In this document: positions 10,072 to 20,562 of the stretch, piece by piece | Layout of the letters: the number at the start of each line of letters is the position of its first letter | How positions within the stretch are numbered: position 1 is the first letter of the stretch | From: Spirochaetota bacterium | Lineage (GTDB): Bacteria; Spirochaetota; UBA4802; UBA5550 | Reading direction: 5' to 3' | Length of the DNA: 64,000 bases | Assembly: GCA_050298055.1 (NCBI GenBank) | Contig: JBNKTL010000022.1 | Coordinates: 20,823 to 84,822 of the forward strand | Program-made: the position numbers and the translations under genes | Notes under the pieces: generated by a model | Told to the model about the DNA's origin: nothing | Databases searched by the model: none | What the model saw: the letters and a program-made list of their open reading frames with translations, nothing else

Positions 10072-11314
10072 ATTTGGTGTGACTTTCGGGAAAGGTTCAA
10101 GAACTCTGTTCATTCTCATGTCAATTGGCGCGGTTCTGATTCTCATCAGGTTCGTCATGGGGCTCGGTTCGGTAACAAACCTCACCGACGCTTATCCCTG
10201 GGGGTTCTGGATCGGCATTGATGTTCTCACCGGTGTTGCCCTTGCCGCAGGGGGGTTTACCGTGGCGGCATTGACGCACATCTTCGGAAAGGAAAAATAC
10301 AAGGCTGTAATCAGGCCGGCCATTCTTACCGCCTTCCTCGGCTATATCTTCGTGGCCCTGGGCCTCGTTGTAGACCTGGGAAGGGGCTGGAACATCTGGC
10401 ACGTTATCTTTTTCTGGAACCATAATTCCGCCATGTTTGAAGTGGGCTGGTGCGTACTTCTCTACCTCACGGTTCTTGCCCTGGAGTTTGCACCGGTAGT
10501 TTTTGAAGAGTACAAGATGACAAAGGCACAGGAGAATTGGGACATCTTCGCACCCTGGGTCAGTATAGTGCTTGTTTCCTGGTTTGTATTCGTAATGACC
10601 GGGTTTCCCTGGTACGCGGGCATCACCTTTATCATTCTCTCCTTCTTCTATGTTCTCTTCAGGAACAGGCTCCCAAAGGGGAGTACAGTGCTTCTCCTTA
10701 TCATGGCAGGGGTTATTTTCTCAGTGGAGCACCAGTCATCTCTGGGTTCACTCTTTCTCATTGTGCCCACCAAGCTGTCATCGCTCTGGTACACTCCCTA
10801 CCTGCCGCTCAACTTCCTGGCAAGCGCGATAATGGTGGGATTTGCCATGGTCATTTTCGAATCGTCCCTTTCATCCCGGGTATTCGGATTTGGACTTGAG
10901 AAAGACGTGATTAAAGGTCTTGTGAGGATACTCCCCGTCTTTGTAGCGGCAACTGCAATCCTGAGATTCTGGAGTCTGTTTAACCAGACAGGGTTTTCAT
11001 TTGCAGGGGCCAGCGGGGCACAGCTCTTCTTCTTCGGGCTTGAAGTGGGAGTGGGATTGCTCATACCCTTTGTACTCCTTATTATACCGGGTACAGCAAA
11101 TTCACCCAATGCAAGCTTTCTGGCCGCCACACTGATTGTCCTGGGTGTTCTCATCAACAGGGTCAATGTTTCAATAGTCGGGATATCAGTACCCGAAAGG
11201 GGTGTGTATATCCCGGCAATAGGGGAAGTCTTGATATCGGTGGGAATAATCTCAACGGGGATTATGCTTTACTATATTATGTGCAGTAAACTGCCGGTTT
11301 TTGAGAAGAGATAA
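10064..11314 (+). CDS. NrfD/PsrC/HybB-family membrane anchor subunit
   Basis: ATG 10064 after GGAGG, overlapping the fdnH stop. YPWGFWIG.D...GVALAAGGF, DLGR, S.MFEV..C and HQSSLGSL motifs. Confidence 0.9.
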   Translation: MNKFGVTFGKGSRTLFILMSIGAVLILIRFVMGLGSVTNLTDAYPWGFWIGIDVLTGVALAAGGFTVAALTHIFGKEKYKAVIRPAILTAFLGYIFVALGLVVDLGRGWNIWHVIFFWNHNSAMFEVGWCVLLYLTVLALEFAPVVFEEYKMTKAQENWDIFAPWVSIVLVSWFVFVMTGFPWYAGITFIILSFFYVLFRNRLPKGSTVLLLIMAGVIFSVEHQSSLGSLFLIVPTKLSSLWYTPYLPLNFLASAIMVGFAMVIFESSLSSRVFGFGLEKDVIKGLVRILPVFVAATAILRFWSLFNQTGFSFAGASGAQLFFFGLEVGVGLLIPFVLLIIPGTANSPNASFLAATLIVLGVLINRVNVSIVGISVPERGVYIPAIGEVLISVGIISTGIMLYYIMCSKLPVFEKR

Positions 11315-11338
11315 ACAACAATTATTAAATTTACTGTT

Positions 11339-11370
11339 AACAGCGATGGATTTTATCCATCGCTGTTTTT
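11339..11370 (+). terminator. Intrinsic terminator of the fdh operon
   Basis: AACAGCGATGGAT-TTT-ATCCATCGCTGTT followed by a T run. Confidence 0.85.
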
Positions 11371-11376
11371 ATAATC

Positions 11377-11511
11377 GGAACTACTTTACTATTTGAAAAA
11401 ATATTACAAATCTCCTAAAATTATCAACAATATGTCCCCGTTGCCTAAGGCGGTGGGGACATATCAGTTATCTTTTTTTCTTAAATATTGTTATTCATCA
11501 TAACAGTAAAC
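11377..11511 (+). mobile_element. MITE-like element, copy 1 (degenerate ends)
   Basis: Core ATATGTCCCCGTTGCCTAAGGCGGTGGGGACATATCAGTTATC from 11430. Confidence 0.7.
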
Positions 11512-11624
11512 TTGATGAAAAACCGATAATTTATCATTCTTTCAAAAATAAATGGACTTTTTATTGATCAGGATATTTTACTGGCATGAGACAAATGTAA
11601 ATACCGGAAACAGAAGGAGAAAAA

Positions 11625-12509
11625 ATGGAAAGCGAAAACAGGGCAATTGAAACATTTATCTATGATCTCATGAACCTCTACCTGGAGCATGAAAAATACT
11701 TTTCCGCATCGCTTAACGGGAAGACCAGGGAAAAGGGGAGAGAACTTATTAAGGACTTCAGGTACGCGTTAAACGGGAAAATGTGGAAGATAAAAAAAGA
11801 GGACAATCACAGTTTTCTTGTGTCCCTTCTCCAGATCTTTCTCAACCACATCCCCGATTATGCCCGGGACATTGAAACAGTGGACAGCTTTCTTGAAAAA
11901 GGATCACCCGGTTCCCTGGACATCATAAAGACCATTCTTGCCAATGACCAGAAATCTCTTCTGGAGATCACACGGGAAAATGACCTCTCCATGGAGTTTA
12001 TGACCTTCTTTTCAATTTTTTCCGCTTACGGATACAGGAACAGCCTGAGCAGATCCATTGAATCGGAATATAATCTTAACGAACATGTATCCGGGATCTG
12101 TCCAGTCTGCGGCCACTGGCCCGGTATGGCATACCTTGTGGGCAAAAAGGGAACAAGACGAATGAGCTGTATCTGCTGCGGGACAAACTGGACCTTCAAA
12201 CGCATGGTCTGTTCATTCTGCCTGACAACGGACAAAGAGAAGCTCGGTTATCTCAATATTGAAGGAGAAGATGAAGTCTCTGCATATGTCTGCGAAAACT
12301 GCAGGCGCTACCTGAAAACCGTCAGGGTGGACCTTGAATATGTTGACCTTACAAACGGGAAACCGCTGATTGATTACCTCAACGCAAGTTTTATTGATAT
12401 AGCGGCGCTTCAAAAGAGCTATATTCAGGAATCTCTCCTGGGCACGAGGTTTGACGGTCCCGGGAGCAAAGAGTACACTGAGTACCGAAAATTGATGATC
12501 AGCGAATAG
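11625..12509 (+). CDS. fdhE: Formate dehydrogenase accessory protein FdhE
   Basis: CPVCG, CICC, CSFC and CENCRRYLK Cys pairs, directly downstream of the fdh operon. Confidence 0.9.
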   Translation: MESENRAIETFIYDLMNLYLEHEKYFSASLNGKTREKGRELIKDFRYALNGKMWKIKKEDNHSFLVSLLQIFLNHIPDYARDIETVDSFLEKGSPGSLDIIKTILANDQKSLLEITRENDLSMEFMTFFSIFSAYGYRNSLSRSIESEYNLNEHVSGICPVCGHWPGMAYLVGKKGTRRMSCICCGTNWTFKRMVCSFCLTTDKEKLGYLNIEGEDEVSAYVCENCRRYLKTVRVDLEYVDLTNGKPLIDYLNASFIDIAALQKSYIQESLLGTRFDGPGSKEYTEYRKLMISE

Positions 12510-12510
12510 G

Positions 12511-14352
12511 TCATATGGGAATATGACGCCTTCTCTCTCCCAGGAGGACAATATCCCTCAGGACCTCGCTGTTCTTTGCGGACATCCATTTTTTTTCAAA
12601 GTCGGGGTCCTGGATTATCTGGGCTATGGCAGAGAGGGCCCGGAGGTGGAAATTCCTCTCATCCTTTGTCCCGATAAGAAAGAAGACCGCCGTAACACCG
12701 GGCGCGTCATCTGAAAACCTGACGCCTTTTCTGCTCCTGGCTATGAGGATATCAAACTTCTTCTCCCCCTGGATGACTATATGGGGTATGGCAAATCCCG
12801 GGCCCAGGGCGGTACTGCTCTCATTTTCCCTCTCCACAAGAAGGTCGAACAGGATATTTTCATCAACATCCACTCTTTCTGTCAAAGGCTTTACGGCAGC
12901 CCTGAAAAACTCACCGAGGGAGAGCTCTTCATCCAGGTCAAGCACAACAGAGTGTTCAATCATCTGGTCAAACCTGTCCCCCACAATATCATCCCTCTCT
13001 CTTATCACCTCTTTCAGTTCCGTTTCAAGGGAATGACCGGTCAACTCCTTTGCGGTGATCCTTTCAATCAGGTGAAGAAGCGCGAACTCTCTCCGGGCCT
13101 TTATCCTGCCAAAAATCCAGTATATGAGGAAACCAAAAACAATCAGCGCCACGCTGATGAGGAGAGCGTCCTTTCCAATCTCAATAAGCAGGAAGATAAA
13201 TCCGCAGATGCCGAATACCTGCACCCAGGGATAAAGGGGGGCCTTAAACTGCGGCTTATAGTTCTGGAGCCTGCTCTCCCTCATAATAATATTTGCCAGG
13301 CAGGAAAAAATGTATGTAAGGATAAGAACACTTGATGCTGCTTTAATGATAATATCCAGTTTCATGAAAAGTGAAACGGCTATCATGAAGCCGGTAAGAA
13401 TTATGGCATTATGGGGCGACTTGAACCTGTTGTTGATCTTTCCCAGGAACTTTGGAAGAAGGTTGTCTCTGCTCAGGGCAAGGGGGTACCGGGACGCTCC
13501 CAGAATGCCCGCGTTGGCCGCGGATGAAAAACCGAGAATGGCAACAATGGTAACCGCAATAACTTCCCATTTCCCGGCGAACACGGACGCTCCATCGGTA
13601 ACAGGCCTCAGAGATTTTGACAGGACGTCGCCCTGCAGGGTCCCCGTGGTGACAAAGATGACCCCCATATAGAGGAAGATGATTGTTATCAGCGACATTA
13701 TCATCCCCAGGGGAAGGACCCTGCCCGGGTCCTTTACCTCTTCGGCGATACTTGCCACCTTTAAAAGACCGCCATATGAAACAAAAACAAAACCGGCAGT
13801 GGAAAAAACACTCAACAGCCCGTTTGGTGTGAAGGGAACAAAATTATGTACATCAACATGCGGCAGTCCCATTATGGAATAGAGGAGAAGGACCGGGATG
13901 ATGAGAAACACAAGCACTGCCTGTATCCTTCCCGCGCCCTTGGCCCCGAGAATATTTATGAGGATAAAAATAACACAGAGCAGAAGACCGATTATCCTGA
14001 TATCCAGCTGAATAAGAAATGATGTAAATGCCGCCATGCTTATCAGTTCAAAAGCGCTCTTTAATGCGAGGGAGAGCATTGTAATAAGACCGTAAACAGT
14101 ACCGATTGCCGCCCCCATGCTCCTTGTGACAAAGTAATAGGTCCCCCCGGATTTAGGCATGGCTGACGTAAGTTCCGCCTGGCTGAGCATACCTGCTGCC
14201 GCGAGAACCCCCGCCACAAAATATGAGAGAAAAACCGATGGACCCACCTTTGCAAAAGCAAGAGCGGGTAGAAGGAAAATACCGGAACTCAGCATGGCAC
14301 CAGTTGTAATGCAGAATATATCGAAAAGGTTCAGGTCTTTTTTCAGTTCCAT
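12511..14352 (-). CDS. APC-family amino acid permease fused to a C-terminal PTS EIIA(Fru/Ntr)-like domain
   Basis: About 12 TM helices with GAMLSSGIF, AEL..AMP.SGG.Y and AEEVKDP. C-terminal ERE..SST.LG..FAIPH and H LRALS motifs. Confidence 0.88.
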   Translation of the reverse strand: MELKKDLNLFDIFCITTGAMLSSGIFLLPALAFAKVGPSVFLSYFVAGVLAAAGMLSQAELTSAMPKSGGTYYFVTRSMGAAIGTVYGLITMLSLALKSAFELISMAAFTSFLIQLDIRIIGLLLCVIFILINILGAKGAGRIQAVLVFLIIPVLLLYSIMGLPHVDVHNFVPFTPNGLLSVFSTAGFVFVSYGGLLKVASIAEEVKDPGRVLPLGMIMSLITIIFLYMGVIFVTTGTLQGDVLSKSLRPVTDGASVFAGKWEVIAVTIVAILGFSSAANAGILGASRYPLALSRDNLLPKFLGKINNRFKSPHNAIILTGFMIAVSLFMKLDIIIKAASSVLILTYIFSCLANIIMRESRLQNYKPQFKAPLYPWVQVFGICGFIFLLIEIGKDALLISVALIVFGFLIYWIFGRIKARREFALLHLIERITAKELTGHSLETELKEVIRERDDIVGDRFDQMIEHSVVLDLDEELSLGEFFRAAVKPLTERVDVDENILFDLLVERENESSTALGPGFAIPHIVIQGEKKFDILIARSRKGVRFSDDAPGVTAVFFLIGTKDERNFHLRALSAIAQIIQDPDFEKKWMSAKNSEVLRDIVLLGERRRHIPI

Positions 14353-14450
14353 AGAGCAATTTACCCGGGACAGCGGACCCGGTCAATATTTAAATCACAT
14401 TATAAATAAAGACAAAAAAATACAATAAAAAATTATTTGCATGGGCTCCC

Positions 14451-15599
14451 CTACTTATTTGCGCTCCGCTCCTTTAAATATGCAATGACCCGCTTACATC
14501 CGGTTCTCTTTGCATACCCGTAGGCGCTGACATTGTACTTATCTTTTATATTGACCAGCGCGCCTTTTAATACCAGGTATTTGACAACCTCCAGTTGACT
14601 GTTCCCTGCGGCAAACATTAATGCGGTCTGTCCATACCTGTCACGGGCATTAATACCCGCACCTTTTGCCAGTAACAGCTTTACAATTTCCACTGTTTTC
14701 CTGCCATAACCTTTTTTAATGGCCCACATGAGAACAGTTCTCTTTAAATTATCTCTTAAATGAACATTCGCTCCTTTTAAGAGTAAATATTTTACGGCAT
14801 TCACCTTCCCTTTATACGCTGCCACACTGAGAACTGTTCTTCCGGCATGGTCCCGGTGATTGACATTCGCTCCATTTATCACTAAATGCCTGATGACATG
14901 CATATTTCCTTTTGTTATTGCCGTCATTAAAACACTCGTCCCGATATTGTTCTGCGCATTAACATCAGCACCTTTTGATATTAACTGTTTGACAATATTT
15001 GTTTTGCCGTTTGATGCGGCAAACATTAACGCGGTATAACCGCGTCTGCTTTTTACATTTACATCTTTACTCCAGGGAAGTAAAAAAAGCGCTATTTCCC
15101 AGTTGCGTTTTAAGAGCGCGGAAAACAACGCAGTAGCACCCGATTTTGTTTTCTTATTAACATCGGCCCTGTACTGCTTTAAGAGTTTAACGATTTTCAA
15201 ATGTCCATTCAATGAAGCCAGGATAAGCGCCGTATCCCCTGCCCTGTTTTGAGTATCCACATCTGCTTTCCGGGAAAGCAGATACTTTACTACTGTGTAA
15301 TACCCCTTGCGTGAAGCAGCCATTAAAGGGGTTGCGCCTTTATTGTTTTTTAAATTTACATCGGCACCTTTTGATACTAAATACTTTATTACAGGGAGAT
15401 GACCTTTCAATGAAGCATTGAACAGCGCGCTGTTCCCTTTTCTGTTTTTATTGTTTATACGGGCTCCCCGGGCAAGGGCTTTTTTTACCCCGGATATACT
15501 GCCCCCTGCTGCCGCTGTAAATAACTCATTTTTTACATCTGCAGAGAGGTGTGTGCTAAAAAGTGTCAGCATACAGAGACTGAGGAGTACGTTTTTCAT
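14451..15599 (-). CDS. Secreted ankyrin-repeat protein
   Basis: Signal peptide followed by about 10 repeats of G.T.LM.A...G....VK.L...GADVN. Confidence 0.92.
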   Translation of the reverse strand: MKNVLLSLCMLTLFSTHLSADVKNELFTAAAGGSISGVKKALARGARINNKNRKGNSALFNASLKGHLPVIKYLVSKGADVNLKNNKGATPLMAASRKGYYTVVKYLLSRKADVDTQNRAGDTALILASLNGHLKIVKLLKQYRADVNKKTKSGATALFSALLKRNWEIALFLLPWSKDVNVKSRRGYTALMFAASNGKTNIVKQLISKGADVNAQNNIGTSVLMTAITKGNMHVIRHLVINGANVNHRDHAGRTVLSVAAYKGKVNAVKYLLLKGANVHLRDNLKRTVLMWAIKKGYGRKTVEIVKLLLAKGAGINARDRYGQTALMFAAGNSQLEVVKYLVLKGALVNIKDKYNVSAYGYAKRTGCKRVIAYLKERSANK

Positions 15600-15836
15600 T
15601 ACAGATTCCTTTTTTTATAAATTATTCAGTTTTATTTGAATTTTTGTCATTACTCAGCTATGGGAGACACGCTAATATTTATCAGGTTTTTTATCAATAA
15701 AATTCTTGCGCCCGCCAATGAGGAAGAATAAAAAAATCGGCTTGACACAGGATAAATATCATAGAGTCATTTGACTATCGGCTGAAATTATCTCTGGCTG
15801 ACAGTGAAAGTAATAAAAGTGAGAAGGAGTTGTTCC

Positions 15837-17678
15837 ATGGCACATAAACTGAGAAGTTCCGCTTCAACCCAGGGGAGAAAGATGGCCGGGGCAAGAAGCC
15901 TCTGGCGGGCAAACGGCATTAAAGAGAATCAGTTCGGGAAACCGATCATTGCCGTGGTCAATTCATTCACACAGTTTGTCCCCGGTCATGTTCATCTTCA
16001 CCATATCGGGCAAACCGTAAAAAGTGAAATCGAGAAACTGGGCTGTTTTGCAGCGGAGTTCAATACCATTGCCATTGATGACGGCATCGCAATGGGGCAT
16101 AACGGGATGCTCTACTCCCTCCCTTCACGGGACCTCATTGCCGACAGCGTCGAGTATATGTGCAACGCCCACACGGCCGATGCCATGATCTGTATTTCAA
16201 ACTGCGATAAGATAACACCGGGAATGCTCATGGCCGCCATGAGGCTCAACATTCCCGCTGTCTTTGTATCGGGGGGCCCCATGGAAGCGGGAATCGTCAA
16301 AGAAAAGAAATACGATCTCATTGATGCCATGATCATGGGTGCCGATGAAACCGTTCCCGATGAAGAAGTTGATGAAGTCGAGAGGTCCGCCTGCCCCACA
16401 TGCGGTTCATGCTCCGGAATGTTTACGGCAAATTCCATGAACTGTCTCAACGAGGCAATCGGTCTTGCCCTCCCCGGAAACGGCACAGTAGTGGCAACTC
16501 ATAAAAACAGGCTGAAACTCTTTGAAAGAGCAGCACAGCTGATTGTGGAAAACAGCCGAAAATATTACACAGAGGGTGATGATTCGGTCCTTCCCCGGTC
16601 AATAGTCACAAAGGAATCATTCATAAATGCAATGGCCCTGGATATAGCAATGGGAGGGTCAACAAACACTATCCTTCACCTCCTGGCTGTTGCCCATGAG
16701 GCCGGGGTGAATTTTACCCTGGATGATATTGACGGCCTTTCAAAAAAGGTCCCCTGTATCTGCAAGGTGGCGCCCAGCTCCCACTACCATGTTGAGGACG
16801 TGAACCGCGCCGGGGGTATCCTCTCCATAATGGGGGAGCTTGACCGGAACGGACTTCTCCACAGATCGGTAAAACGGGTGGACGGATACACCCTGGGTGA
16901 AGCCCTTGAGAAATACGACCTGATGCGGGAGACTGTTTCCCCTGAAGCACTTGCTTTATGGGAAAGCGCTCCCGCGCACTCGGGAAGAAACCTTGTGATG
17001 GGCTCACAGGAGAAGAGCTACGACGAACTGGACAGAGACCGTGAAAATGGCTGTGTCAGGGACATGGACCACGCGTATACCGTGGAGGGAGGGCTCGCGG
17101 TCCTCACCGGTAATATTGCCGCTAAGGGATGCATTGTTAAGACCGCAGGTGTGGATGAGAGTATCTTCACCTTCTCCGGCCCCGCGAAGGTCTTCGACTC
17201 TCAGGAAGCGGCATGCGACGGGATTCTGGGTGGAGACGTTAAAGCGGGGGACGTGGTAGTCATCAGGTATGAAGGCCCCCGGGGCGGTCCCGGCATGCAG
17301 GAGATGCTCTACCCCACTTCATACATCAAGTCCATGCGTTTGGGGAAAGAGTGCGCCCTGATTACCGACGGCAGGTTCTCCGGGGGGACATCGGGCCTTT
17401 CAATAGGGCATATTTCACCGGAAGCCGCAGCAGGGGGTAATATCGCCCTGATAAAAGACGGAGACATTATCGATATCGATATTCCCGGAAGGAGTATCAG
17501 CCTCAGGATAAGCGATTCCGAGCTGGCAAAGAGGCGCAAAAAAGAGGAGAGTAAGGGACCGAATGGTTATAAACCGGCAGAGAGAAACCGGCCGATTTCA
17601 AAAGCGCTGAAAGTCTATGCCCTGCACGCCGCATCCGCAGACAGGGGTGCCGTCAGGCTGCTGCCCGATGAAGAGTAG
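15837..17678 (+). CDS. ilvD: Dihydroxy-acid dehydratase
   Basis: [55 protein letters not shown] and TDGRFSG motifs. Confidence 0.97.
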   Translation: MAHKLRSSASTQGRKMAGARSLWRANGIKENQFGKPIIAVVNSFTQFVPGHVHLHHIGQTVKSEIEKLGCFAAEFNTIAIDDGIAMGHNGMLYSLPSRDLIADSVEYMCNAHTADAMICISNCDKITPGMLMAAMRLNIPAVFVSGGPMEAGIVKEKKYDLIDAMIMGADETVPDEEVDEVERSACPTCGSCSGMFTANSMNCLNEAIGLALPGNGTVVATHKNRLKLFERAAQLIVENSRKYYTEGDDSVLPRSIVTKESFINAMALDIAMGGSTNTILHLLAVAHEAGVNFTLDDIDGLSKKVPCICKVAPSSHYHVEDVNRAGGILSIMGELDRNGLLHRSVKRVDGYTLGEALEKYDLMRETVSPEALALWESAPAHSGRNLVMGSQEKSYDELDRDRENGCVRDMDHAYTVEGGLAVLTGNIAAKGCIVKTAGVDESIFTFSGPAKVFDSQEAACDGILGGDVKAGDVVVIRYEGPRGGPGMQEMLYPTSYIKSMRLGKECALITDGRFSGGTSGLSIGHISPEAAAGGNIALIKDGDIIDIDIPGRSISLRISDSELAKRRKKEESKGPNGYKPAERNRPISKALKVYALHAASADRGAVRLLPDEE

Positions 17679-17690
17679 CTTTTATATCGA

Positions 17691-18437
17691 TTAATTATCT
17701 GCTTTACCCACCTCCAGTCGAAGAGGTTCTTCCTCAAGCTGTGCAATTTTAAAATAGCTCACCTGTTCCGAAAGGCTTTGCGAGTGGGCGTTAAGCATTT
17801 CAGACGTATTGGAGAGTTCTTCTGCTGAGGAGGCATTTGTCTGGACCACTTCATTAATCTGGCCGATGCCATTGGTTATCTGGTTCATGCCATGGTTCTG
17901 TTCTTCAACAGCCCGGGTAATTTCCTGTACAAGTTCTGTAGTCCTTTCGATATCGGGCAGTATCTCATCAATGAGCTTTCCCGCTTTTTCGGAGATCTCA
18001 AGACTGTTTCCGGTAATTTCAGTAATCTCTCCCGCGGCGATCCGGCTCTTTTCCGCCAGTTTGCGCACTTCAGCGGCCACAACGGCAAATCCTTTCCCCT
18101 GTTCGCCGGCACGGGCCGCTTCGACAGCAGCATTTAAGGCCAGCAGGTTTGTCTGATAGGCAATATCTTCAACAACAGAAATACGTTCTGATATTCTTCT
18201 CATGGCTTCCACGGTATTGATTACTGCCTTTCTGCTTTCATCAGCACGGGATGATGTCAGTACAGCAACCGATTCTGTCTCTTTCGCGTTTTCAGCACTG
18301 TTTTTTATTGATGAACCGATCTGTTCCAGGGTTGAGACAATTTCTTCCATGGTAGCCGCAGTCTCACTGGCGCCCTGGGCCACATTTTGTGATGTACTGG
18401 AGACTTCTCCGCTGGAATGTGACACGTTCTCTGAATT
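17691..18437 (-). pseudogene. Methyl-accepting chemotaxis protein, signalling domain only (N-terminally truncated)
   Basis: [38 protein letters not shown]. No TM or sensor domain, in-frame TAA at 18468-18470, no RBS before GTG 18425. Confidence 0.6.
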
Positions 18438-18464
18438 CGGGAATGTAAGAGAACTGACCAGGGT

Positions 18465-18607
18465 GAATTACTCCTTTTGGAGCGGTTAATTAATACTTTT
18501 ATTCATTAAAAAATGAACCGATATGTTCCCGCCGCCTTTGACGGAGGGAACATATTGTTGATATTTCAGCAAATAGTTTGATTATAGTCATATTGCTGAC
18601 TCGTTAC
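18465..18607 (-). mobile_element. MITE-like element, copy 2
   Basis: Right end GCTGACTCGTTAC, core ATATGTTCCCGCCGCCTTTGACGGAGGGAACATAT. Confidence 0.75.
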
Positions 18608-18696
18608 GTTTTTTTTCTTGAATTGGGATCAAACTTACGGTACAATCAATAATAGTAAATACGAATTATGGAAAAGACTGTGAAGGGAGAATATAA

Positions 18697-18891
18697 ATGC
18701 CAATAGGAGAAATTCTCATAAAAGAGGGACTTCTTACCAGGCCCCAGCTGGACGAGGCCCTTGAGATACAGGAAAAAAATCCCGGGAAAAAGATCGGCGA
18801 GATATTGATAGAACTTGATTATATCGATATCGAGAGTTTTACAAAATACCTGGCACAGCAGTTAAAAGACCAGGGACTGAGCAGGGAATAA
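18697..18891 (+). CDS. Stand-alone MshEN/GspE-N-like domain protein (putative c-di-GMP binder)
   Basis: GGGAG RBS. Tandem motifs PIGEILIKEGLLTRPQLDEALEIQ and KIGEILIELDYIDIESFTKYLAQQ. Confidence 0.75.
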   Translation: MPIGEILIKEGLLTRPQLDEALEIQEKNPGKKIGEILIELDYIDIESFTKYLAQQLKDQGLSRE

Positions 18892-18964
18892 GAAAGAATG
18901 TTCCTGTTGGCCGTGCCGTTCAAAGCTGTCATCTCAATACCGGTTTTTCCCTTACGAAGTGTCA

Positions 18965-19771
18965 TCAGGGCCAGGGATCCCAGTCACCCCAGTTATCGTA
19001 ATACTCTTTTAACGCAGGTATTCTTTCCTGCTCATTCTTTATAAAATCTTTGGTCTTCCCCACAATCTCCTGCTCACGGTCAATGGAAAGTTCACCAAGC
19101 ATGACCCGGGTCCTGAGAAACACAAAGTAGGTATCCAGAACATCATGGATACAATAATCATTTATCTCCCGTACCTTCCCTTCCCGGAACATGTCGTATA
19201 CGAGATCACCCTTTGTACTCAACTTGCCCGGTTTGCCGATCACTTTTGCCAGAAGGTTAAGTCCTCCTGCCATCTTGATTGCGTTGAAGTTGGAGAGCCA
19301 GTCCTGCAGGTCTATATGCTTTGTACCGAACCTGTATCTTCCCGCAAACTTGTCTTTAAAATGCCTTTTGGCCTTGTAACCGTACCTGTATGCCATAAGT
19401 TCCATAAGCGGGATATCGAAGCCCCTGCCGTTAAACGTAACAATTGATGTATGCCCATACAGGTCTTCCACACCGTGCCAGAACAGCCTGACCATTTCAT
19501 CCGCTCTAAACGAGGGATCATCAAGGCATACAATGTCATTAATGCTAAAGTCACCGAGGACCTTCGCAACAGTAACTGATACCGGGTACTGGAATGTTAC
19601 CGGGATGAATTCCGATTTTCCGTTTGTTATCTCAAGGATCTCATCCTGAAATTTTTTTACAGCAGTGAGCTCATCAATATCCTCACCGGGATATTTCACC
19701 ATTTTAATAAGCCGGGCATCAGGAACCGACTCAATATCGAGGATAAGATATTTTATTTCTTCATAGTTCAT
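18965..19771 (-). CDS. 3'-5' exonuclease related to the PolB exonuclease domain
   Basis: DIES, TFNGRGFDIP, HIDL and YC..DV motifs. Start chosen at ATG 19771. Confidence 0.85.
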   Translation of the reverse strand: MNYEEIKYLILDIESVPDARLIKMVKYPGEDIDELTAVKKFQDEILEITNGKSEFIPVTFQYPVSVTVAKVLGDFSINDIVCLDDPSFRADEMVRLFWHGVEDLYGHTSIVTFNGRGFDIPLMELMAYRYGYKAKRHFKDKFAGRYRFGTKHIDLQDWLSNFNAIKMAGGLNLLAKVIGKPGKLSTKGDLVYDMFREGKVREINDYCIHDVLDTYFVFLRTRVMLGELSIDREQEIVGKTKDFIKNEQERIPALKEYYDNWGDWDPWP

Positions 19772-19902
19772 AACAAATTGGTCCCGTATAAATTCCAGTG
19801 CTGAGCCCGCATGATTTTGCACTAATCTGTTTTTGTAGCCCCTGGTTCATTCAGTGGCTATATTTTTGTAATAAGAAAAAATCATGCAGTCGAAGTACTG
19901 GT

Positions 19903-19932
19903 TAAAAAAAAACATGTTGCCGGAGCAACATG
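19903..19932 (-). terminator. Intrinsic terminator of the HEAT-repeat gene
   Basis: A run followed by CATGTTGC-CGGA-GCAACATG. Confidence 0.65.
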
Positions 19933-19962
19933 CTGGTTCAATAAAATATAAAATAAAAAAAG

Positions 19963-20415
19963 TTATTTCCCTTTAATTTTCTCTTCCATCTTTTTGAGAA
20001 AGTCCAGAATAAAGGGATCACTCTCCTTGGCCTTTGCTTCTTTAAGTGCATCGATAGATTTTTTTGAACCTATCCTTGATATTGACAGTACCGCCGCATA
20101 CCTGACATTGGGACTTTCATCGTTGAGAAGGATACCGTTTAGAGATTCCGCAGACTCCTCCTGCCCGATATAGCCGAGGGCAATAACAGCATGAAGCCTG
20201 ACATTGACTCTCTGGTCTTTTAAAAGGCCCTGTAATTTTTTTACAGCGTCCTTCTCTTTCTCTTTCCCCAGAAAATCGGCAGCTTCTACAATGACCTTCT
20301 CATCCTTTGAAGGATCAAGGTCCTTGATATAATCTTCAGCAGATTTCTTCTTATCAGCTGAAAAAGCTGAAGTCGCCATGAATACCGCAATAAGAACAAG
20401 TGTTAACTTTTTCAT
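19963..20415 (-). CDS. Exported HEAT-repeat protein
   Basis: Signal peptide MKKLTLVLIAVFMATSAFS, repeats VRLHAVIALGYIG and VRYAAVLSISRIG. Confidence 0.85.
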   Translation of the reverse strand: MKKLTLVLIAVFMATSAFSADKKKSAEDYIKDLDPSKDEKVIVEAADFLGKEKEKDAVKKLQGLLKDQRVNVRLHAVIALGYIGQEESAESLNGILLNDESPNVRYAAVLSISRIGSKKSIDALKEAKAKESDPFILDFLKKMEEKIKGK

Positions 20416-20562
20416 AAATAACTCCATTTGATAAAGTCAGCTGCTCCGGAATAAAAAAACAAGCTGTTTATTAATATTTCCTTGAATAAGATATAAATTC
20501 GGTATACTGTAATATTTAATTCAATGATAAGTAATATGTCAATTATTTTATTTTTTAATTGT

